Below, one piece after another: positions 25,618 through 37,580 of a DNA stretch of 64,000 nt (the first letter of the stretch is position 1; every line of letters begins with the position of its first letter). Made by a program: the position numbers and the translations under genes. The stretch is from contig JAGIQG010000018.1 in the NCBI GenBank assembly GCA_024679065.1, positions 27,528,001 through 27,592,000 on the forward strand, in the 5' to 3' direction. The stretch comes from Sphyrna mokarran (lineage: Eukaryota). Under the pieces are notes generated by a model. That model did not search any database. It was not told the DNA's origin and saw nothing but the letters and a program-made list of their open reading frames with translations.

Positions 25618-26604
25618 TTCATGGCAACAGACCCTCATGTTTGTAAGCTTTGGATTTGAACACTAACAATGAGACCAAGACTTGGTACAGTATCATTGCT
25701 GCCCCTTGAGGAATAAGGATACAAAACTTTCCCATCACACACACCTTGTAAAGATGTACACACGGCTCTCTGACAATGCAAAAGGGTCCAGAGAACACTT
25801 GTACTGAGATTGACACCAGATGAATATTAATCTTAAAATAGGACATTGACTAAGTGTGAGGAAGGCTTAGCTTTGAGATAAGAGGATTCCAAAGAACAAA
25901 ATCAAAATGCTTTCAGTTGACCAAAACATTCACATCCAATGAATTTCAATAAGTGCAATTTATTTACAGTGATAGCGCACCCGTGATCCAGAGGTGACAT
26001 CCGTTATTTTAACTTTTCTCACCCTGCCATCCTGCAGTGTCATTCACTGTAGTGCACTGATTAACTGCCGAATCTCCGCCTGATCTGCTTCCTCCTGCCT
26101 TTGCATCACCATCAGTGAGTTAGCAGCCACTTCCAGAGACTCATCTTCTGCATGGGTCTGAGTGGGTAGAGGGATATCCGGGCTGCCCCTGTCTCTGACT
26201 GCTGTGGGATATGTCCGTGAGGTACTCCCTAAAAAGTGCAGCCTCCTCAAATTCAGTGAGGCAGTGATATCGGCCGTTCCTCCCCAGCCCTGGGCTCACT
26301 TATGCTTGTTGTGTGTCAGCTTATCCTGTATGAAGATGAAGGAAAGGCATGATCAGAGGGCATTGACCCGAGGTTGGGTTGAAATACCATCCCCTGTATG
26401 TGATGAGACATCCCCAACAGGCCAAAAGATGGACTGTGAGCAACTTGACAGACGGGATGGTGGTGATTTGAAAGTGAGAATGAGTGTTATTATGCGCCTT
26501 CTGTGAAATGGATGTGTGAGTTCTGTGAAGAGAGTAACCAGTTGAGTAGATGCTGAGGGAGGGAGCTGAGAGAGGACTTAGCCTGGCAGAGCAGATGAGC
26601 CATG

Positions 26605-26685
26605 ATGTGGAGATGCCGGCCTTGGACTGGGGTAAACACAATAAGAAGTCTCACAACAGCAGGTTAAAGTCTAACAGGTAGCACA
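26605..26685 (-). mobile_element. Penelope terminal-repeat fragment with 7-bp flanking repeat
   Basis: atgtggagatgccggccttggactggggtaaacac..aggttaaagtctaacagg; agccatg at 26598-26604 and 26686-26692. Confidence 0.75.
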
Positions 26686-28039
26686 AGCCATGGGTGAGAT
26701 CATATGTCCACGTCCTGCACTGGACAATGCTTCTGGCACGCTTGCTAGATGCACTGATGCTCCAGACAGCAGTCTCTGAGGCTGGAGATGTGAGGTTGGT
26801 GTGCTTCCTTGAGCTACCTTGGAAATAGAGGATGTTCCTGTTTGCCCACCTCTGATCAAGGCCTTGAGAACATGCTGGTTGAATTGGGGTACAGGCTGCT
26901 ATCCTTTTGCCTCTGTCTTCTTGACATCCTGCACAGTCTCGTGAAGGCAAACGTGTTGGAGAGAGTGATATGAGTATGTTGGATTGAAGTCCGGTGGCCG
27001 GATCTTCGAACCACTAGCTGATGGCGGACAAGTTAATTCCCAACCCGCCAGATGTTCACTTGTGCATAGTTAATGAGACTTCAAGTGCAGAATTAGATCA
27101 AACTTCACCCCATTCCGGCCAGCTGGAATCTCCCGGAGTGCACTTAGAGAAAGAACTGGAAAATAATGCCTCAAGATATGGTGCTCCCCCAATCATCCAA
27201 CAAGAGGATCAGAAACATCAGAATAAATAGAGAAATATAGTGTTGTCTGCAGTCAAAGGAACATGTTCTCTTTTCTGTCCATCTGCAATCAGGTTTTTGC
27301 AAAATGCAGGCCAGATTTCATATTCTCCAAATATCTGAGGTGGGTTGCAGTCGGACCATTCTAGCCACCCTTAATTTTCATTCCCAAGCCGTAAATCTCA
27401 GTTTGGATGATGGGGGAGATGCCCACTTGATAAATTTACTGCAAACACCAGAATTTCACACCGTGATTAAAATTCAGCTTCTGAACAGATACCACTCAAA
27501 CACTGTGAGAAAGACAATGATCCCTGCAAAATTCAGAGCCAGTGTTCCTAAATAATCATCCAACAGAAGCATTGCCTGCTCCTCCCGAGTTAGAACTGCC
27601 AAGAAAAATCTGGGCACAGGCTACTTTGAAGAGTCTGCTTCCTGTGAATGTAATTCTGTTGGAGGCAATGAAAAATCAGCAGTCTGTCATGGTGCGTCTG
27701 TAATACTGATTCTTTAACACTTCCCATGAAGATAATGAGGCAGCTATATTCAGTATGAATGTTGAAAAATTTATTACACCAGCTATTGTTTGCGTTTGTG
27801 TTGAAAAATGGACAAATGACAAACAAGAACATCGCAGTTTTCTACCTAATCTGTGGTATTGAATTCAAACAGCTTTTTGGTGAAGGCTGGGTAGAGTAAC
27901 ATGATGGTTAACTCACTGGATGAATAATTGAAATGTTTTGTTAAAGAGGTTACTAGAGGGCAAAGCTTTATTATGTATGCACTTCTTTTTGGAGTTTCTC
28001 CCGTTTAAATTATAACCCGATCAAACAAAATATGTAATA

Positions 28040-28265
28040 GATCACTTTGATCTGTAGATGAGGAGACATGAGTTCAAATTCCATATGGAGAAGTTTAATT
28101 CAGTGAATTAAATCAATCTGAAATGAATAATTGGGAACAGTAAGGGATAGTAATTCATTCTTTAGGGGTAGAAACTGCCATTCTTATCTAATTTGGTCTA
28201 AGCATGACTCGATTGCAGGTTGACTCTTAACTGCTTTCTGAAATGACATAGCAAGCTATCAAGTT
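28040..28265 (+). mobile_element. Old SINE family B copy
   Basis: gagttcaaattcc..tttaggggtagaaactgccattcttatc..ggttgactcttaactg. Confidence 0.6.
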
Positions 28266-28269
28266 CGAA

Positions 28270-28583
28270 GAATCATAGAATCTCTACAGTGCAGAAGGAG
28301 GCTAGGCAGCCCATCGAGTCTGTGCCGTCAACAATCCTTCCCAGATGTCATCCCTGTTACCCCGCACACTTACCCTGCTGGTCCCCCTGATACTAAAGGG
28401 CAATTTAAAATGGCCAATCAAATGGTGCCTCTTTGAACTGTGGGAGGGAACTGGAGCACCTGGAGGAAACCCCCACAAAGTTGCAAGAACGTGCAGACTC
28501 CACACAGTCACCCAAGGCCGGAATTGAACCTGGGTCCCTGGTGCTGTGAGGCAGCAGTGCTAACCACTGTGCCACCATGCCAC
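28270..28583 (-). mobile_element. HE1-type V-SINE
   Basis: Head, V domain, CR1-type tail. Confidence 0.92.
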
Positions 28584-29039
28584 CCCCCTCTGTTGCCAAG
28601 CAAGTGATTGTCTCACCACTGTCTTTGCAAAGGCGGCACACAGTGGCACAGTGTTCAATATCACTCGGAGTCAACGTGATCTTAATTACATGATAGAGAT
28701 TTGCAGATAGTCGCACAAGTTATGGAATATATGAAGGTCCAAAAGGCATTGACATTGCTGTAAAGTATCAGCATTCCTTGGATGCATCATTTAGGAAATG
28801 ATGTTATTGGGTGATGGAAAAAAGGAACAGTAATCATGTTATTAAAGCGCTCAATGGGAGAGGAAACCTTTTGCAGCAAGTAATTTCCATGGCAATGCTT
28901 TTATATTTGAAAGAAAATTGTTGTTCTTAACAGGCGGACATTGTGTAGAAGAAGTGGTGAATCACAGACAAAAGTGATTGTATATGAACAATCAATAGGG
29001 TGCAGGGATGACTGGTATTCACCATACTGATCTTAAGAA

Positions 29040-29272
29040 TTTTGAGATGAGGAAAAATATTTTCACTTAGAGGGCTACTGGGGACGGGAACTCACCACCT
29101 GAAAGGGTGGTAGAGACAGGAAGCTTCAGCTCATTTAAAAGGTATCTTGACAGAAGCCTGAGGTATTGTAACCTGCAGGGCTATGGACCAAATGCTGGAA
29201 AAAGGCATTAGGCTGGTGCTAACATAAATGGAATAAGTGGTCCATTCTTATGCTTTAAACTTTCTATGATTT
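29040..29272 (+). mobile_element. Old CR1 3' fragment
   Basis: gagatgaggaaaaatattttcacttagagg..catttaaaagg..ggaccaaatgctgg tail. Confidence 0.7.
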
Positions 29273-29683
29273 TCAATCTGTATGGGAATGGAGTGTTTGG
29301 AAAATAATATTCCCAGGTTGGCGTGTATATGTTCCTGACACCTCTGGGATGCGTTGGAATTTTCCGAGTGAGAGCTGGTGGGGGAAGGAGTGGGAGGTAA
29401 GACTCAAGAACTCCCTTGCCTCCAATTAGAGACTTGTTAAGGTCTTGAAGGAGCTTGTTAAAGACTGGGGAAGGCCAATAGGTGATTTACATTTCTCTGA
29501 TCACCAGTCATGTTCAGTTTGCTGCACATTAGTGGTTAGCTGTCGGGTTCAGTACAGAAACGATTAAGTGATTTTTTTTTCTTTTTACTGATGAGAAATC
29601 TATGGCATGCAGCGATTTAGTAGAGTGAACGCACTATCTTTTAATTGGCTTTTTTGTCATTTTCTGCTCCGTGAGATTGCCTG

Positions 29684-29823
29684 CCTTCCAAGGTGAGACT
29701 CACCTGAAGAAGGGGCAGTGCTCCAAAAGCTCATGCCACCAAATAAACCTGTTGGACTTTAACCTGGTGTTGTGAAACTTCTTACTGTGCTTACCCCAGT
29801 TCAGTGCTGGCATTTCCACATCA
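29684..29823 (+). mobile_element. Penelope terminal repeat with hammerhead-like motif
   Basis: cac-CTGAAGA(29704-29710)-aggggcagtgctcc-aAAAgctc; aaataaacctgttggactttaacctggtgttgtga..ccacatca; short inverted 5' piece aggtgag-a-ctcacct. Confidence 0.8.
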
Positions 29824-29892
29824 GGAATTATCTGGGCATTGGGATTCTGACCCTGGACTGAAAATCAGGCCCTTTATCTTTGATTTAGAATT

Positions 29893-30187
29893 AAAGTTTA
29901 TTTATTAGTCAAAGTAGGCTTACATTCACACTGCAATGATGTTACTATGAAAATCCCCTAGTTGCCATGCTCTGGCACCTATTTGGCTACACTGAAGGAG
30001 AATTTAACATGGCCAATCCACCTAACCAGCATGTCTTTTGGACTGTGGGAGGAAACTGGAGCACCCGGAAGAAACCCTCGCAGACATGGGGGGAACGTGC
30101 AAACTCCATACAGACAGTCACCCAAGCCAGGAATTGAACTTGGGTCCCTGGCGTTGTGAAGCAGCAATGCTAACCATTCTACCACCC
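29893..30187 (-). mobile_element. V-SINE with alternative tail
   Basis: Reverse complement of the 16652/25322/52655 type. Confidence 0.88.
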
Positions 30188-30506
30188 ATACACGTAAGAT
30201 TTAAGCATCCAAACACTGTCTGTAATACCAATGTGCAAACAGATTCATTCACTTGAAACACCTAATCAATCATATCTCTTCACAGAGCCAGGAATAACTA
30301 TTGATTTATTATGAATGTCCAAAAAGAAAACACTTGGCTGAGTAGCAATTGTCACCATCCTAAAAAAACAAGCACCAATATAGATCTTTGATAATAAAAT
30401 TTGCTTTGAGCAAGGCTGCAAAATAGGATGAAAAAATTTTGTCTCCTGTACTCACAGGAAGGAGTGTTTCTATCAGGCAGCTCAATAGGCACTTCACCAA
30501 CATTAC

Positions 30507-30851
30507 ATTGGTACAGTGATTAGCACTGCCACCTCACAGCACCAGAGACATATCTTCTATTCCAGCCTTGGTTGACTGTCCATGTGGAGTTTGCACATTC
30601 TCCCCGTGTCTGCATGGTTTCCTCTGGGTGCTCAGTTTCCTTCCACAGTCTAAAGATGTGCAGGTTCGATGGATTGGCCATGCTAAATTGCCCCTTTATG
30701 TCCCAAGATGTGTAGGATAGGGGATTGGTGAGGTAAATGTGTGGGGGTTGTGGGGATAAAGTGGGGCGTAGACCTGGGTGGGATGCTCTGTCACAGAGTG
30801 AGTGCAGATTAAAGGGTTTATTGGCCCCCTTCTGCACTGTTGGGATTCTAT
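30507..30851 (+). mobile_element. HE1-type V-SINE
   Basis: Head, V domain, CR1-type tail. Confidence 0.9.
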
Positions 30852-30890
30852 GTTCGAACTACAGAATAAAACATGACGTTGCTCCCACAC

Positions 30891-30994
30891 CCTTCTCCAA
30901 GACAGCAAGAAGTTGTTTTGTCTCTTGTTCTCCCTCCTCCTGCATCTCATTCTGCTCCTTCTGCATAGCTCCTTCCTCTGTAAGTCTTGTAGTC
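30891..30994 (-). other. Candidate exon (unassigned)
   Basis: Strong acceptor tgtgtttttccttctgcag|G; purine-rich body open in two frames (e.g. TTRLTEEGAMQKEQNEMQEEGEQETKQLLAVLEK); weak donor AGG|gtgtgg. Confidence 0.3.
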
Positions 30995-31099
30995 CTGCAG
31001 AAGGAAAAACACATAGTCAAGTTGGTTATGTTACAGGGTTGAATTGTTCCATAGGGGTTGTCGATGTGAAATCTGGCTCACTTTGCCAGTTCCCATCAT

Positions 31100-31713
31100 T
31101 AAGAATTGATGGCCAACATTGTCTACCTGATGCACTGCAGAAAAGGATGTCCTGAGGTGTGGTACACTGGGGAGACCAGGCAAATGCTACGACAACAGAT
31201 GAATGAACACCCCTCAACAATCAACAGGCAAGAGTGTTCTCTTCCAGTTGGGGACCACTTCTCAATCGTGAGCATTCGGCCTCTGATCTTCAGATAAGTG
31301 TTCTCCAAGGCAGCTTTCACAACACACAACAGCAGAGAGTTGCTGAGCAGAAATAGATAGCCAAGTTCCGCATGCATGAGGACGGCTTCAATCGGCATCT
31401 TGTGTTCTTGTCACATTATCCGTGACCCCCATGACTTGCCTGGGCTTGCAAAATCACACTAACTGTCCTGTCTGGAGACAATACACATCTCTTTAACCTG
31501 TGTTTAACCCTGTCTCCACTCACTGTCTGTACCTTTGAGAAATGTAAAGACTTGCATTCCAACCATTATCTTGTAAATTGAGTTTGTGTCTGTATGTGGC
31601 CTGTTTGTGAACACAAGTCCTCAATTATCTGATGAAGGAGCAAGACTCCAAAAGCTTGTGCTACCAAACAAACCTGTTGGATTTTAACCTGGTGTTGTGT
31701 GACTTCTTACTGT
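31100..31713 (+). mobile_element. Penelope-like retroelement 3' part: GIY-YIG endonuclease remnant plus terminal repeat with hammerhead motif
   Basis: ANIVYLMHCRKGCPEVWYTGETRQMLRQQMNEH..PVGDHFS; CTGATGA at 31629-31635, stem ggag/ctcc. Confidence 0.88.
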
Positions 31714-32481
31714 CATTTAGAATTAACATGTTGACAGGTATTCAACTTCAGGCTGCAGGAAAGTTAATAGTCTAGCTCTCCATTGATGACTTATTGAGTT
31801 CACCTAGTCCTTTGCCCTCTCCCACACTTTATTCAGGTCATGCAAAGACAATCATGGAAAAAGACTTCAGTTTTTTGGCCTTTAAGTAAGTGAAATAATT
31901 GTGTTATGATCCTGTATAGACTAGTAACTTTAAAAAAATTATAACTTTCAATTAATAACTAAAAGGATGAAACAACACAATTTCACATGTTAAGCCTTTT
32001 ACTGTAACAAACAAACTGAGCAACATTGACTCTATTATTTGTGTAAGAAATTTAAACTACTAAACAGAACTTTCCTTATTTTCCTTCTAACACAACTGAC
32101 AATTATTCTATATATACTCTAATTAGGTGGACATCTGATTATCTGAAAAGTGATTAGCCAAAAGTGATTCTTAAATTATGAAGGCATTATTTTTCTTTCA
32201 TAATCTGGCGAGCTCTCAACCACACTCCTGCATATGAACCATAAAGATCTTTGGTTTCTAATTGCTCCCTCCTGGGTCTTGGCAGATTATCTGTACCTGA
32301 AAGTTTTCAGGGATATATTGGAAACCCTTCCCTCTCAAAACCCATCTTTGTACAACATGATTCACATGGGCCTGGTATCTAGGCAGAAATTCTATTTAGC
32401 TTTTTTGTAGCCTCCAGCTCTATTCTATCTTGAAAGTAAATAGACAGTTTAAATTATATCTGTTTAGAATCTGATAGTCTC

Positions 32482-33759
32482 AACCATGAAGGTGTTAGGA
32501 TGAAATGACTCACACCATTCTCTGTCATGTAAGTCTGTATATTCATTACTCTCTTGGGAATCTGAGCTGCCTCAAACCTCTCTCTGCACAAATGACCGAT
32601 TCACTCGAAAAGGTCAGGAAGGCACCATTCAGCTTTGCCGGAGGACTTACAGACCTTCATAGACAAAAAGAAAGCTCTCCAGCTTCCCCACTTTCCAGCC
32701 CCCCCTCCCATATGCTGTCAGGAGGCAAAGGTGTGGCAGAGGCCCTCTGTAGTCACCACACAACAGAGCAGAAAACAAAAAGTAATGACCTGATAGAACA
32801 GTGAAAACAACCCTTTGATGTGGAGATTAGCAGTCTAATCGCTATAGCTGATGCTGCTGCCATTGTCTCCAAATATGAACATCTTGCATCTTCTTTCCAG
32901 TGAAACGATCCAAGCTCTATTTAGAATCCCTATTGTGCAGAAAGAAGCCATTTGGTCTATTGAGCCTTCACCTACAACATTTCTACCCTGTCCCTGTAAT
33001 CCCACGTATTTACCTGACTCATCCTCTTGACACTAAGAGGCAATTTATCATGGGTAATCCAACAAACTCACATATTTTAAAGTGTGGGAGGAAACTGGAG
33101 CACCCAGAGGATGCTCATGTGACATGGGGAGAATATGTAACTCCACACAGACAGTCATCCGAGGCTGGAATTGAACCCAGGTCCCTGGCACTGTGAACAG
33201 CAGTGCCAACCACTGTGCCGCCCCAATCTCTAACAGCTAATCTCTAATTGCTGCCCCACTCTGTCCTGTTATTTGGCAGAGTTCAGATGATTCCCCTTCA
33301 CTTTGTTCCAAAACCTAATTTTACCAAACTTTTATTTGTAATAATTACAAATAAAGTTACTGGCTGGGACTGCTGGATGACTGTCTCTGAGGGTGAAGGT
33401 GACAGTGGGCGAACAGGTAAAGCTATGGGGTTATTTTCACTGTTCTATCAGGTCATTACTTTTTGTTTTATTCTGCTCTGCTGTGTGGTGACTACAGAGG
33501 GCCTCTGCCACACTTTTGCCTCCTGACAGCATATGGAGGGGCTGGGAAGTGGGGAAGCTTGAGAGCTTTCTTTTTGTCCGTGAAGGTTTGTAAGTCCTTC
33601 GGCAAAACTGAATGGCACCTTTCTGACCTTTCCGTGTGAATCGGTCATTTGTGCAGAGAGAGGTTTGGGGCAGCTCAGATTCCCAAGAGAGTGAATGAGT
33701 ATACAGACTTACATGACAGAGAACGGTGTGAGTCGTTTCATCCTAACACCTTCATGGTT
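32482..33759. repeat. Long inverted repeat, ~330-bp arms (32482-32813 and 33428-33759)
   Basis: Arms are reverse complements end to end with scattered mismatches; mirrored in ORFs 32505(+) and 33448(-) (MTDS..KVRK.PFSFA.GLT.LH.QKESS). Confidence 0.95.
32921..33222 (-). mobile_element. HE1-type V-SINE in the spacer of the inverted repeat
   Basis: Head, V domain, tail. Confidence 0.88.
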
Positions 33760-35759
33760 TCTTGTTCACATGAAATCTAATGATCAATGCAAAGAGAAAG
33801 AGCATTTTGTAACTCCCTGAGAGAATTACAAATCGGCATTACACACACCACTGAGACAAACACAGCATTATATTGCACGCAATCCCAGGCAACTTTAAAT
33901 CCTCTAGAAAATATCACAGTGAGCAAAATGAGAGCTTTTATGTTTTATCTTTTGTCTCTCATTTTTGCTAAATGATTTTCCTCTCTCTCTTGGTGGGGTA
34001 GGAGTCCTCAGAGCTCCATTATACACATGTGAGCAGTCCATTAGTGTTTCCCTCTGATCTTACAACACACTTGAGGCACGTTTTTCTAAAATTAACCATG
34101 GCAGGAATATTAAGGGCCCCTTTATGACTGAGCTGTGGGAAAAGCATGCAGTCTGGTTGAGAGAAGCTGTGAAATTTGTCCCTCTAGTTTGATTGCAGGA
34201 AATTCTCCTCCTCTCTTCCAGGCAACTGAGATTCCCAACTCCAAAAAATACTGTTAAGTTTGTTAAGAGTTTTGCTGGATGATGGGAAAGGAAAAGAAAT
34301 GACTTGCTCTGTCCCATCAGAATGAAGAACAAAGGAGTTTATAGCACTGAGGCTAAAACTCCTCAGACTTCTGTGTGCTGTTAGTCTGCACTGGGATAAA
34401 GTGACCACAGTTATATGGAATGTATACGGGCTGCTGCTGCTTCACATTTCTCTCACATTATCTGGCACTGCCCAAACACAATAATTGTTTCATGTTTCAA
34501 ACAGACCAACAAAAAGCACAGGCTGCAGAGGATAGTCAGGCACAAACACACACACTTTACTGTCAAGTCCGCAGCTAAGCAAGGCTAATTTTTGCAGCTA
34601 TCTTGGGAACACGGGAACACGAGGTGTCCTTATGGCAAAGAGCTGGGTGGAGAATTGCTGTTCAAAATCACAATTCTGTTGGCACTCCCACTTGTGATAA
34701 TTTGCACAGATGGCAAAACTACTTCCATGTGGCGGTTCTCACATTGATGGCAGTGTTAGTCAGAGCAGATTTCTAATAGCTCAGGGTCCGGACCTTTCTG
34801 CTTGCTGCAGGAGATTTAACAGCGCACTTATTCAAATGTTTACCAACTTTTTGCCTTCCTGGGCAGAGCAATTCTGCGGCCCACTGAAATAATTTCATCA
34901 TTATCTTTTAGAGGAATATTAGAATCCACCTCACTGAAATTTTTTAAAAAAAGCATGGAGTGTAGTAGTGATTTCATTTTTCAAGAAGTGTGGACATCCC
35001 AGGCAACAGGTGAGTGATTGATTAGTGAGTATTTTGCTCATTTATCTCCTGAAACTTGGCTAATTTATTAGTAATTGTCAGTAATTTATTAATAGTAAGG
35101 TTTACTAATAGTAATAATGTGGAATATTACTGGTAGTGCTTATTAATTATAATTTTATTATGAAAATAAAATAAGCAACAAAATAAAGATGACAGGGCAG
35201 GTGATGAGTTGCGGCTGTAGTATGTGAGGACTCATTGATACCATTGTGTTATATTAAGAGGAGGATTCTCCTTTTTTTTCCCACCCCTCGGTAATGCCAG
35301 CCTAGCCAGAGGTGCCTGCATCCTGTAAAAGAACAATAAAAATTTAGCGCCTTCCCCATTTGTCCCCAGTTCCACCAAGCAACCATTATGTAAGAGGGAC
35401 TACAAACTGCCAAATTTCTACTTATTCAATGGTATTGGAAATAGACAATAATTATCAGTTACATTATAGTGAGACATTACTTACTAACCTTACTTCAAGT
35501 TTTTCACAGCCAACTCCGCACAATATTTGTAATTAAAAAACATTGCAAACTGGGAGAAAAGAAACAGTTGTTGCCTGACCTTTAGCTAGTCATCTTCTGT
35601 TAACTCATTTGCAGAAGTTAGCCTACGCTAGCCTTATAAATGATGTTAAATAGTAATTGTAAGCTCAGATTTTTCTCTGTATCCATGAAAAGTTCTAGCT
35701 TCCACGGTGTAATGTCTGTTTTATTACAAACAAAATGTTCACTTGATACATAAATGACA

Positions 35760-36352
35760 AAAGATTAGTATGCAGGTCCAGCAAGTGATCAGGGTGGCAA
35801 ACAGAATGTTGGCTGCACAGGACATTAGTGAGACCACGTTGGAAGCATTGTGTACAATTTTGCTGCTCTTATTTGAAAAAAGATACATTTGCACTGGAAA
35901 CAGTTCAGCGCAGGTTCATTGAACTAATTGAGCGAGGGATCAGGGGCTTATCCAATAAACCCACTGGAGTTTAGAAGAATGAGAGGTGACCCCATTGAAA
36001 CATACAAAATCCTGATGGAACTTGATAGGATGAATTCAAGGAGATGTTTGATCTTGTTGTGGAGACTAGAACGAGGGACTGTAATTTCAAAATTGGATGT
36101 CTCTCTTTTGACGCTGAAATGAGGAGAATTTGTTTCCCTCAACGGGTTGTTAGTTTGTGAAATTCTCTGCCCAGAAACTGGTGGAGGCTAGATCTTTTAA
36201 TTTACTCAAGACTAAATTGGATGGGTTTTCCTTACACCAGGTCACGGGAGTGAAGTTGAGACTAGTCAGATCAGCCATGGTCATAATGAAGGGCAGAGCA
36301 GGCTTGCAGGATCGAATAGCCTACTCCTGCTCCTCAGTCCTATACTCCTATG
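35760..36352 (+). mobile_element. CR1 LINE 3' fragment
   Basis: LEFRRMRGDPIETYKILMELDR; CR1 tail. Confidence 0.85.
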
Positions 36353-37266
36353 AAATACTTAAAAATGATTTCACTCCACCTCTGAAAACCTACAGGCTAA
36401 ATGAAGTTTATAAGAAATGCCCTCCTAAGCATTTATTGCAGCTGCAAATGATCTTGAGCAGTACTTTGTATGGGATGATTGCTTTTGAAGACTCAAAGAA
36501 CTTTCTCATCGCTAATCTTCCTGGCACATCCCTCATATCCTGCAACAATTGGCAAGGTCATTCTCCAGATGGCTGGCCAGCAGGATGTCCACTTGTGAAT
36601 TGGGATTGAGGGCCCCGGAATGACCTATTGGCCCCAGGGCTTGTGATATCAGGCAGCCGAGCCAGCCTGCAGCTGCAATAAAGTGAATGAGAAGGAATCT
36701 CCCGCTCTGAAGTAGAGAGGATGGAACAGCAGTGATCCACGTTTTTGCAGTCCTGGTGAACACTCCTGCTTCTTCCACCTCCAGAAAAACAAAGACTGAC
36801 TTTTCTTGTGGGTTGAGCCACCAGACGATACTGGTCAGAATTTGTTGAGCACAATCTCCAGCCTATCCAGAGCGAGAGTAACAACTGGGCTCTAATGTGT
36901 GCAGCATAGAATTTGGATTGGCATTTAAATGGACCAGTCACCTTACTTGGAAGTAGTAGACCATTCAGCCCTTCAAGCCTGCTCTGCTATTCATTTTGAT
37001 CACGGCAGATCTGATTGTGGCCTCAACTGCGCTGTCCTCTCTGCCCACCCAGCACACTGCAGTTGCCTTTGGAAAGATTGCAGCAGCCACAGCAGCAGGT
37101 GGTACATCGCTGTCTGCCATTCTCAGGGGCCACTGTGGGGGTGGGGGTAGAGAGGTGGAATCAAGAAATTCAGGGTCACATCTATACTTTGCCCTTTGAT
37201 CATCTCGAGACACTGACAAACATTGATGCAGCTGTGCGATTGAATAAGAGCAACACCGTCAACAGC

Positions 37267-37580
37267 TGCATGGTGGCACAGTGGTTAACACTGTTGCCTC
37301 ACAGTGCTAGGGACCCGTATTCGATTCCTGGCTTGGCCTACTGTATGTGTGGAGTCTACATGTTTTCCCTGTGTCTGCGTGGGTTTCCTCCGGAGTGCTG
37401 AGTTTTGTCCCGCAGATCAAAAATATGCAGGTTAGGTGGATTCGCCACGCTAAATTGCGCCTTAATGTCAATGGGTAAAAGCATGGAATTATGTGGATAT
37501 GGCCTGGGTGGGACTGTGGTTGGTGCAGACTTGATGGACTGAATGGCCTCTCTGTGCACTGTAAGGATTCTATGATTCTA
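37267..37580 (+). mobile_element. HE1-type V-SINE
   Basis: Head, V domain, gattctatgattcta tail. Confidence 0.92.

Larger units (their letters stand above)
24704..27172. mobile_element. Decayed PIF/Harbinger transposon (transposase +, Myb-like -), interrupted by a SINE and a PLE fragment
   Basis: Starts gggcagaattctccc; ORF 25144-25332 has LPRVHGAIDCTH (Harbinger DDE GAIDCTH motif); minus ORF 26651-26950 has RNILYFQG..VWSISASS..IVQCRTWTYDLT. Confidence 0.7.
31902..34457. mobile_element. Possible long solo-LTR-like repeat, rearranged by an internal inverted duplication
   Basis: Begins tgttatga, ends ..tctcaca; non-coding, (ca)/(ct)-rich; family not recognised. Confidence 0.3.

Noticed and set aside
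32505-33648. Paralogous small ORFs 32505(+) and 33448(-) as a duplicated gene
   Set aside because: Similarity follows from the inverted repeat; the frames diverge through indels and there is no recognisable domain.
35055-35185. Structured AT-rich element
   Set aside because: Low-complexity taat/agt sequence with no consistent period or clean stem.
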